Origin: an uncultured Saprospiraceae bacterium | GTDB lineage: Bacteria; Bacteroidota; Bacteroidia; Chitinophagales; Saprospiraceae | Assembly: GCA_964632995.1 (NCBI GenBank) | Contig: CAZWDL010000002.1 | Coordinates: forward strand, 69,730-133,729 | DNA length: 64,000 nucleotides | Direction of reading: 5' to 3' | Part shown: positions 57,154 through 64,000 of the stretch, in pieces | Numbering within the stretch: position 1 is the stretch's first letter | Layout of the letters: each line of letters begins with the position of its first letter | Translations under genes and position numbers: made by a program | The notes under the pieces: model-generated | The model's database searches: none | Told to the model about the DNA's origin: nothing | Seen by the model: only the letters and a program-made list of their open reading frames with translations

Positions 57154-58439
57154 GCCTCCGCCATCTCTCTTATCGCCTGTACCAGCACATCCAGATCCCG
57201 GGTGGTCGTATACACGTTGGGGGTCACCCGCACACCGCTGATATTTTCCCAGACGATGGGTACGGTATGCACCTTATAGTCCCTGAACAACCCATCACCA
57301 ATCTTGCGAGGCTCTATGCCTTCGATAGAGAACATTGCGATAGCGCAAGCGAACGCCGGATGCTGGGAGGTATGGATATGCACCCGTGGCAGATCCTTAA
57401 CGCGATCGATCCAGTAATTTTTCAGGTAGTGCAGTCGCTTTTCCTTTCTCTCCGAGCCTATCATATGATGAAAATCAACTGCCTGGCCGATGGCCTGTTC
57501 GATGGCGAAGGAGCGCGTACCCAGGTGTTCGAACTTCCGGATGTCGTCACTTTCGGAATCGGGAGCGGCCAGCAAGGGATAGAGGTTTTTGATCTTTTCC
57601 TTTCGCACGTACAGCATACCGCTACCGAAGGGGGCGCAGAGCCATTTGTGCAGGCTGGTGCCGAAGTAATCGCATTCCAGCTCGGGAATCCGGTAGTCGA
57701 TGTGGGCGAAGGTATGGGCGGCATCGACGAGCACCTCGATGCCGCGGCGGCGCGCTTCCCGGGCGATCTCCCGCACCGGCAGAAGCTGCCCGATCCAGTT
57801 GATCATGTGGGTGATGTGTACCACGCGGGTACGCTCGCTGAAGGCATTGACAAAGGTATCGGCAATTTGCTGTTTATCCTCGATAGGGAAATCGAAAGAC
57901 AACCACTTCAGCACTACGCCGTCACGTTTTTCACGCTGTTTCCAGGCGTTGATCATATTCGGGTAATCCTGTTTGGTAAGCACGACTTCATCGCCCGCCT
58001 GCAGGCGCAAACCAAAAATGACCGTCTCCAGGGCCTCGGAGGAGTTCCGGTCTATGGCTAGTTCTTCCGGCGAGCAGCCTGCCAGACCGGCCAGTTTGCG
58101 CCGCAGCGGTTCTCTTCCCCTATCCAGCACCCGCCACATATAATAGGAAGGCGTTTCGTTACTGAGCTGGTTATATCGCTCCACGGCTTCCTGCACTACC
58201 CGTGGTTGCGGACACACACCGCCGTTGTTCAGGTTGATTATATTAGAGGATACGGTATAAGCCTGTTTGATCTGATACCAGAAGGTCTCGTCTCCAGCCA
58301 GCTCTGTGGCTGAGACCCCCTGCCGGTCTTGGAGCAAAGTCTGTAGGGATTGTCCCTGAGCAGAGTGGTAGAAAGGCAAGACAACGGAAGCTCCCGCGGC
58401 CCCGGCGAGTTTTCTGAGAAAGTTTCTTCGATCGGTCAT
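57150..58439 (-). CDS. class-V aminotransferase-fold PLP enzyme with a twin-arginine (Tat) signal peptide
   Basis: N-terminus MTDRRNFLRKLAGAAGASVVLPF matches S/T-R-R-x-F-L-K. PLP-lysine context GTSLHKWLCAP. Confidence 0.85.
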   Translation of the reverse strand: MTDRRNFLRKLAGAAGASVVLPFYHSAQGQSLQTLLQDRQGVSATELAGDETFWYQIKQAYTVSSNIINLNNGGVCPQPRVVQEAVERYNQLSNETPSYYMWRVLDRGREPLRRKLAGLAGCSPEELAIDRNSSEALETVIFGLRLQAGDEVVLTKQDYPNMINAWKQREKRDGVVLKWLSFDFPIEDKQQIADTFVNAFSERTRVVHITHMINWIGQLLPVREIAREARRRGIEVLVDAAHTFAHIDYRIPELECDYFGTSLHKWLCAPFGSGMLYVRKEKIKNLYPLLAAPDSESDDIRKFEHLGTRSFAIEQAIGQAVDFHHMIGSERKEKRLHYLKNYWIDRVKDLPRVHIHTSQHPAFACAIAMFSIEGIEPRKIGDGLFRDYKVHTVPIVWENISGVRVTPNVYTTTRDLDVLVQAIREMAEA

Positions 58440-58600
58440 AGGCAGCGCACTGGTTTGATAGATGTTCTTATAGGCTGCCTAAAATAAAGAACTTTAGGGA
58501 AGTTTCATCGTCTCATGGTGTCAAGATTGCCCGGTCGGGATATCGCTACCAAAGCAGAAGGCTCCAAGAATCCCTGCAACAAGGCCACCCTGCAATATGA

Positions 58601-59134
58601 TCACAACAGCAATCCGGCTTCCTTCTTAATCGCCTGCAGCGCTTTATCCGGACCGGTGGCGTCCCTTTGTGACAGGAAGTTGATCAGAGCTGCGCTGAAA
58701 TCCCGGCCGCTGGCTTTAGCGTCCATTTTTTCAGCGACCAGAGATACTGAGTTGACCGCATCATCGCGGGCAATTTTAATGATCTCCCAAAGTTGGCCGG
58801 AGACGTATACCTGCTGGGTAATGTTGTGTTCATATTCCTGCTGTATGGCCAGCAACAGGGAGAGCCGTAGTTCCGAGGCGCTCATACCTTCCCGGCGCAC
58901 CCGCAACAGCAGGTTGGGCAAACTGATGCGTTCGCACATCAGAGAGAGCCGTTCATAAGCCTGCAAGCGCAAAGGAAGCGTCTCTTTTTGCTGATCCTGC
59001 CTGATCTGCAGCATTTTCAGCTGCTGCTGACCGTTGAGAAACTGCTTCAGCAGATAGTAGACCGTCAGAAAGACAATAAGAGCAGGGACGGTGATTTTTA
59101 CAATTTCCAGTATGACGGATAACCAAACAGGCAT
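58601..59134 (-). CDS. hypothetical protein with an N-terminal TM helix
   Basis: 177 aa. N-terminus MPVWLSVILEIVKITVPALIVFLTVYYLL, then a helical soluble region. No family recognised. Confidence 0.55.
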   Translation of the reverse strand: MPVWLSVILEIVKITVPALIVFLTVYYLLKQFLNGQQQLKMLQIRQDQQKETLPLRLQAYERLSLMCERISLPNLLLRVRREGMSASELRLSLLLAIQQEYEHNITQQVYVSGQLWEIIKIARDDAVNSVSLVAEKMDAKASGRDFSAALINFLSQRDATGPDKALQAIKKEAGLLL

Positions 59135-59264
59135 AATTGGATATATTAATCATTAAACGGAGCAAAAATAAGCGCTGGGACAAGGATTACCAACCTCTTC
59201 TGCCATTTTCCGCAAATTCTGAGGACTTCGGCAAACCAAAAGGAAGCTGCTAACGTTTTTTTTG

Positions 59265-59272
59265 TAATTTTG
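59265..59272 (+). promoter_or_regulatory. Bacteroidetes-type -7 box TAATTTTG
   Basis: Exact TAnnTTTG match 88 nt upstream of the ATG at 59360. Confidence 0.3.
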
Positions 59273-59359
59273 TACAGATGTTGTTCATAAGTTATTCCTC
59301 TCCTAACCGGGCTGAGTAACTTCAAACAAATTCATCAGGAAAAAAATTGCGATTGCAAC

Positions 59360-59713
59360 ATGAGTGAAGCAAAAACAATGACACAACAGCCTATAACACT
59401 CACCGACAGCGCCGTCAAGGAGCTGAATCGAATCCGCCAGGAACAGGGCGTAGCTGAAGACCACGGTCTGCGTGTTGGGGTAAAAGGAGGCGGATGTTCC
59501 GGATTCTCTTATATCCTCGGGTTTGATATTCACAAAGAAAACGACGAAATATACGAAATCAACGGTGTTAAGGTCTTTATGCAAAAATCCCACGCCATAT
59601 ATTTACTGGGCATCGAAATAGACTGGGAGGACGGCCTCAACAACCGCGGTTTTTCCTTCAACAATCCCAACGCCACTGATACCTGTGGTTGCGGAACATC
59701 CTTCTCCGCCTGA
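59360..59713 (+). CDS. HesB/IscA/ErpA-family Fe-S cluster insertion protein
   Basis: 117 aa. Motifs GLRVGVKGGGCSGFSY and C-terminal CGCGTSF. Confidence 0.9.
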   Translation: MSEAKTMTQQPITLTDSAVKELNRIRQEQGVAEDHGLRVGVKGGGCSGFSYILGFDIHKENDEIYEINGVKVFMQKSHAIYLLGIEIDWEDGLNNRGFSFNNPNATDTCGCGTSFSA

Positions 59714-59738
59714 TTGAATATCTCATATACCTTCCCGA

Positions 59739-59776
59739 AAAATCCAAGCAGTATGGTGCCGCTTGGATTTTTTTAT
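59739..59776 (+). terminator. intrinsic terminator (stem AAATCCAAGC/GCTTGGATTT plus a T-run)
   Basis: Inverted repeat 59740-59749 / 59761-59770 followed by TTTTT, 26 nt after the stop. Confidence 0.7.
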
Positions 59777-60142
59777 CTGCTGCCTGACTATCCGAGAGAA
59801 TCACCTGATTTTTAAGGCCTTTTTTCTGCATTTTTGGCAAAGCCCTTTGATGAGGCAAGCTGATTTTCCGTCAAAAAATTTTCCCATTTTGGAATATTAC
59901 TATAAAAACAGTGCTTCTGCTTCTAAAAATTCCAAAAATTATAGTTCTTTGACGAATTGTTATTGCGGTCAGCTCAAAGAAGAAACACTTCGTTCTATGT
60001 TCTTTTTCACCATTTTGCCCGGTACAGACTACCCATTACTCGACTTTTTCACTGACTGCACCGTGAAGTAAAGTAAAAAGCCCCTTCACCTATTTCAATA
60101 TTGCAGGAATACATGAAACTATTTTCAATAAACCTATTCTTT

Positions 60143-62035
60143 ATGAAAAAATTGATACTTCTGTCTTCTTTACTATTGCTTTTCTCCGGGCTACAGGCGC
60201 AAAACCCGGTGGTCATTTTCGAAGAGACTTTCGACGGTGACCTCGGTAGTTTCACCGCCGGCTCCGGCATACCCGAGGGTGCTACCTGGCAATTTGCCCC
60301 TTTGGGACTGGCTGATACTATTATCATTGACGGCCAGAAAGTAGGTGCATCTTTCTATGGCTCCTCCGGTCCAATCGATTCACCAACGGCCGATAACGGC
60401 GCCGCCCAATTCAACTCCGACGCCTATGACAACGGCGGCAACCCGGATGATTTTGGCAATGGTCCTTTTCCCGCCCCACAAACGGCTAACCTGACCTCTC
60501 CGGTGATCGATTGTTCCAACTTCTCTAACGTCGCCCTTGAGTTTTACCAGTACAGCCGCATGCTGCTCGACGACGCTACGCTCGTTGAGGTGAGTAGTGA
60601 CGGCGGCCTCTCCTGGGAGCAATTCAGGCCTAATGACCGGATTTTCAGTAATGAAGTCAACGCAAGCACCGGACCGAGAAGCCGGATAGTAATTGACATC
60701 TCCGACATCGCCGCCAACGCCGCCGAGGTGCAGGTGCGCTTTGTCTGGAGTGACGGTTTCTATTACTTCTGGCTCATCGACGATGTTCGCGTGCTTGGCA
60801 ATGTAGAAAACAACTTATCTATCACCGACTTCTTCTATCCGCTGTCCAGTTTTGCGACGCCAGCTTCGCAAGTTGCTACCGACACCTTCGGCTTCAGCGC
60901 CCGGGTAGCCAACCTCGGCACCCTGGATCAGACCAACGTCAGGCTGCGGGCAACTGTGTTCAGCCCCTCTGAAGATCTCTTTACCGACAGCATCACGTTA
61001 AACTTACTGCCTGCCGGAGAAGACACCCTGCTGACTATTCCCATGACCTTCGCCCCGGAACTGGATCAGGGCCCTTACGGCATCCTCTACGAAACTTTTT
61101 CCGCGGATAACCCCGATACCGACTTCTATCCGGAAGACAGTAACGACGGGGAAGTCTTTGTCGTTACCGACACTATATTCTCCAAAGAAGACGGCTTTCT
61201 CGGAGATGATACGGAATGGCCCAGCGGCTTCAATATCGAAGGCGACTATCAGATGGGCAATGTTTATTCCATGAGCCCCCTGTCGGGAAATGGTTACGCT
61301 GCTACAGAAGCTACCTTTGCCGTTTTCAAACCCGAATCCGCCGGCCCTATTGCCGGTAATGTAGCTACGATTTTACTCTATCGCGTCAAAGATCGTGTAG
61401 ACCCCAACTTCGGCAACTTCAACATCAATTCAACCGGCGGTCCCGACGAGGACGATGACCTGGTGCTGGTCGGTTTCGGGTCGCATACCTTCACTGAAGA
61501 TCACGATGCCTTTGAAGATATCGATGTGGCTCTGGAAAGCTTTGATGACCCCGGTGCGCCAATCTTCCTCGATCCCGGCGCCCGTTACTTCCTGGTTGCC
61601 GACTATCAGAACACCAGCAACGGCATCATCCACCTCATCTCTGATGACATCAACTACGCCAGCGGGCTAGTGTCTTCCCTCGTCTTCAGCGATGGCGCCT
61701 GGGGCGGCCTGGGACGCGGCAATCAGCCGATCATGCGGATGAAAGTCGAACTGATGACCGACACCGACGAAGTACCTTTGCCCGAAACAGCAATGACCTT
61801 ATTCCCTAATCCTGCTTCCGACCTGGTCCAGCTGCAGCTAGACCTGGAAAATGCCGGCGACGCACTCATCACCATCGCCGATATCAGCGGCCGCATCCTT
61901 CAAATGCGCCAGTTCGATAATGTACAGCGGGAGACGCTGCGCTTTGACGTAAGCAACTATCCCGCCGGCACCTACCTGATCCGCGTAGGTACTGCCGACG
62001 GCACACGTACGGAGAAGTTCGTGATCAGCCGATGA
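60143..62035 (+). CDS. T9SS-secreted protein (C-terminal Por sorting domain), N-terminal region of unknown function
   Basis: Signal peptide MKKLILLSSLLLLFSGLQAQ (ATG at 60143). The C-terminal LFPNPASDLVQLQL...GTYLIRVGTADGTRTEKFVISR is typical of a T9SS CTD. Confidence 0.8.
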   Translation: MKKLILLSSLLLLFSGLQAQNPVVIFEETFDGDLGSFTAGSGIPEGATWQFAPLGLADTIIIDGQKVGASFYGSSGPIDSPTADNGAAQFNSDAYDNGGNPDDFGNGPFPAPQTANLTSPVIDCSNFSNVALEFYQYSRMLLDDATLVEVSSDGGLSWEQFRPNDRIFSNEVNASTGPRSRIVIDISDIAANAAEVQVRFVWSDGFYYFWLIDDVRVLGNVENNLSITDFFYPLSSFATPASQVATDTFGFSARVANLGTLDQTNVRLRATVFSPSEDLFTDSITLNLLPAGEDTLLTIPMTFAPELDQGPYGILYETFSADNPDTDFYPEDSNDGEVFVVTDTIFSKEDGFLGDDTEWPSGFNIEGDYQMGNVYSMSPLSGNGYAATEATFAVFKPESAGPIAGNVATILLYRVKDRVDPNFGNFNINSTGGPDEDDDLVLVGFGSHTFTEDHDAFEDIDVALESFDDPGAPIFLDPGARYFLVADYQNTSNGIIHLISDDINYASGLVSSLVFSDGAWGGLGRGNQPIMRMKVELMTDTDEVPLPETAMTLFPNPASDLVQLQLDLENAGDALITIADISGRILQMRQFDNVQRETLRFDVSNYPAGTYLIRVGTADGTRTEKFVISR

Positions 62036-62084
62036 TCGCGGCTATTTCCGACTCGCCCTCTTACGCTTAAACGGAAGAGAAACC

Positions 62085-62125
62085 AGAAGACCGGATTGGA
62101 GGTACATCCACTAATCCGGTCTTCT
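62085..62125 (+). terminator. strong hairpin (perfect 13-bp stem AGAAGACCGGATT/AATCCGGTCTTCT)
   Basis: Arms 62085-62097 / 62113-62125 with a 15-nt loop, 50 nt after the stop at 62035. No U-tract. Confidence 0.5.
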
Positions 62126-62157
62126 TCGTAAGGGAGCGGGACCGGCAACCCCTTCAC

Positions 62158-62205
62158 AAAAAAAGCAGGTCTCCACCATCTTCAGGAGACCTGCTTTTAC
62201 TTTTC
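62158..62205. terminator. bidirectional intrinsic terminator (stem AAAAGCAGGTCTCC/GGAGACCTGCTTTT)
   Basis: Arms 62161-62174 / 62185-62198, flanked by A- and T-runs. Sits between the convergent T9SS gene and icd. Confidence 0.75.
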
Positions 62206-62229
62206 AGGCAACGGAGAATCCCCGTCCCT

Positions 62230-63495
62230 TTACATATTATCGATAATTTCCGTGCCGAACTCGGAGGTCTTCAATTTGGTAGCTCCGTCCATCTGGCGTT
62301 CGAAGTCATAAGTGACCCGCTTTTTGGAAATGGCGCCGGCAATACCTTTAACGATATGGTCAGCGGCTTCTTTCCAGCCCATATAGCGGAACATCATTTC
62401 ACCGGAGAGGATAACCGAGCTGGGATTTACTTTATCCTGACCGGCGTATTTCGGAGCGGTGCCGTGGGTAGCTTCGAAGATCGCCCGACCGGTGTTGTAG
62501 TTGATATTAGCGCCGGGAGCAATGCCGATACCGCCCACTTCAGCGGCGAGCGCGTCGGAGATGTAGTCTCCATTGAGATTCAGGGTCGCGATGACCGAGT
62601 ATTCGTCCGGACGGGTAAGGATTTGCTGCAGGAAGGCGTCGGCGATGACGTCTTTGATCAACAGGGCGCCGTTTTTCAGCGCTTTATCCTGCGCTGCGTT
62701 GGCGGCGTCTCTGCCTTTCTCCGCCGCGATCCGATCGTATTCAGCCCAGGTAAAAACCTTGTCACCAAACTCCCGTTCCGCCATTTCGTAGCCCCACTCT
62801 TTGAATTTACCTTCTGTAAACTTCATGATATTGCCCTTGTGTACCAGGGTTACCGAGGGCAGATCGCTGTCCAGAGCGTAGTTGATGGCCGCGCGGACCA
62901 GGCGTTCCGTGCCTTCGATAGAAACTGGCTTGATGCCCAACGATACGGTATCCGGGAAGCGAATCTGGGTGACGCCCATCTCTTCCATCAGGAATTTTTT
63001 CAGTTTTTCAGCTTCTGTGCTGCCCGTGTTGTATTCGATGCCGGCGTAGATGTCCTCCGTATTTTCCCGGAAGATAACCATATCCACTTTTTCGGGATGC
63101 TTGACAGGAGAAGGAACGCCCTCAAAGTGCCGAACCGGACGAACGCAGGCATAGAGGTCGAGTTTCTGACGCAGGGCAACGTTGAGCGAGCGGATGCCGC
63201 CACCGACCGGCGTAGTCAACGGCCCTTTAATCGCAACCAGATATTCCTTGATGGCGTTCAGGGTCTCTTCCGGCAGCCACTCTCCCGTCTGATCAAATGC
63301 CTTTTGACCGGCCAGCACTTCTTTCCAGTGAATTTTGCGCTCCTCGCCGTAAGCTTTCTCCACAGCGGCGTCAAAAACACGTACGGCGGCCGCCCAAATA
63401 TCCGGACCGATGCCGTCTCCTTCGATGAAAGGAAGTATTGGATCATGGGGGACGTTTAATTTTCCATTAGTAATCGTTACTTTTGATCCACTCAT
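62230..63495 (-). CDS. icd: NADP-dependent isocitrate dehydrogenase
   Basis: 421 aa, closely matching the E. coli-type Icd pattern ([54 protein letters not shown]). Confidence 0.95.
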   Translation of the reverse strand: MSGSKVTITNGKLNVPHDPILPFIEGDGIGPDIWAAAVRVFDAAVEKAYGEERKIHWKEVLAGQKAFDQTGEWLPEETLNAIKEYLVAIKGPLTTPVGGGIRSLNVALRQKLDLYACVRPVRHFEGVPSPVKHPEKVDMVIFRENTEDIYAGIEYNTGSTEAEKLKKFLMEEMGVTQIRFPDTVSLGIKPVSIEGTERLVRAAINYALDSDLPSVTLVHKGNIMKFTEGKFKEWGYEMAEREFGDKVFTWAEYDRIAAEKGRDAANAAQDKALKNGALLIKDVIADAFLQQILTRPDEYSVIATLNLNGDYISDALAAEVGGIGIAPGANINYNTGRAIFEATHGTAPKYAGQDKVNPSSVILSGEMMFRYMGWKEAADHIVKGIAGAISKKRVTYDFERQMDGATKLKTSEFGTEIIDNM

Positions 63496-63573
63496 TTGTT
63501 TGTTTTATTTTTTGTGGGAATTGGGTTTACAGGTAATAACAAATCCTTTCCCATACGTTTACAAAAAGCAGCA

Positions 63574-63581
63574 CAAATGTA
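63574..63581 (-). promoter_or_regulatory. Bacteroidetes-type -7 box TACATTTG (minus strand)
   Basis: Exact TAnnTTTG match on the minus strand, 79 nt upstream of the icd ATG at 63495. Confidence 0.3.
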
Positions 63582-63641
63582 AACAATTATCAACGGTAAT
63601 CGAATGATTTCACCGAATTATTGAATCTCGAAATCAGTGCC

Positions 63642-64000
63642 ATGACTAATCCACATCTCGACCCCAGCGGGTCGCATTTTGACGCGGAAGAGCAACAGTT
63701 AGAAAAAAGCCTGCGACCGAAAGCGCTGGAGGATTTCAGCGGCCAGCCGAAAATCGTGGAGAACCTCAAGATATTTATTGCGGCGGCCCGACAGCGAGGA
63801 GAGGCACTTGATCACGTCCTACTACATGGTCCTCCCGGCCTGGGCAAAACGACCTTGTCCTACATCATCGCCAATGAGCTGGAAACCGCCATGAAGATGT
63901 CTTCGGGCCCCGTTCTGGAAAAACCGGGTGACCTGGCCGGCCTGCTGACCAACCTGGAGGAAGGAGATGTATTGTTTATCGACGAGATCCATCGCCTCAA
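63642..64000 (+). CDS. ruvB: Holliday junction branch-migration helicase RuvB (5-prime partial, runs off the window)
   Basis: Translation from the ATG at 63642 gives ...[49 protein letters not shown]...[10 protein letters not shown] (Walker A and B). It is absent from the ORF track because no stop occurs inside the window. Confidence 0.9.
   Translation, partial: MTNPHLDPSGSHFDAEEQQLEKSLRPKALEDFSGQPKIVENLKIFIAAARQRGEALDHVLLHGPPGLGKTTLSYIIANELETAMKMSSGPVLEKPGDLAGLLTNLEEGDVLFIDEIHRL

Noticed and set aside
59763-60071. A 102-aa ORF in the AT-rich spacer before the T9SS gene. The 76-aa ORF 34562..34792 in the spacer before the exonuclease gene is a similar case.
   Set aside because: Both have low-complexity, Phe/Ser/Lys/Asn-rich translations typical of AT-rich non-coding DNA, with no motifs and no convincing start context. 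I cannot exclude small proteins, but nothing supports them.
1-64000. A search for CRISPR arrays, IS elements or transposases, integrases, phage genes and toxin-antitoxin pairs.
   Set aside because: I saw no regularly spaced short direct repeats, no DDE/serine/tyrosine recombinase motifs in any ORF, and no terminal inverted repeats flanking a gene block. The only large repeat is the in-frame protein-coding tandem repeat at 27601-30180.

Overview
The window reads as a chromosomal segment from a Bacteroidota-type genome. Three observations support this: two proteins end in T9SS C-terminal sorting domains, exact TAnnTTTG -7 boxes lie upstream of several genes, and I did not notice Shine-Dalgarno sequences upstream of the starts I inspected. 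I support about 47 protein-coding genes (one is an in-frame-stop pseudogene and one runs off the right edge). I found no rRNA, tRNA, CRISPR array, transposase or integrase. Clear housekeeping genes are msrB, rimO, ilvD-ilvB-ilvN, cls, an argE-like gene, pyrF, a NifU-like gene, mrp/apbC, ribF, an rluA-family gene, pepP, an iscA/erpA-type gene, icd and ruvB. These are interleaved with many secreted, outer-membrane or hypothetical proteins. The leads most worth follow-up, in window order: (1) a paralogous secreted protein pair, one copy carrying a Tyr-to-amber in-frame stop; (2) a translationally coupled SGNH / SGNH-with-LysM-insert / MBOAT operon with no glycan synthase nearby; (3) a 1400-aa T9SS protein with nine Cys-rich ~97-aa modules plus dockerin-like and cohesin-like segments; (4) a single ORF fusing RibF to a GT2 glycosyltransferase across two poly-A tracts, where both other frames stop at the junction; (5) a divergent M19-dipeptidase-like protein; (6) an ECF sigma / membrane TPR protein pair beside a signal-peptide-bearing TPR-CHAT protease with a C-terminal anchor; (7) a complete four-domain HypF with no hydrogenase or hyp genes in view, placed directly after a Tat-signal class-V PLP enzyme. 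All functional calls come from motif recognition by eye. No database search was run.
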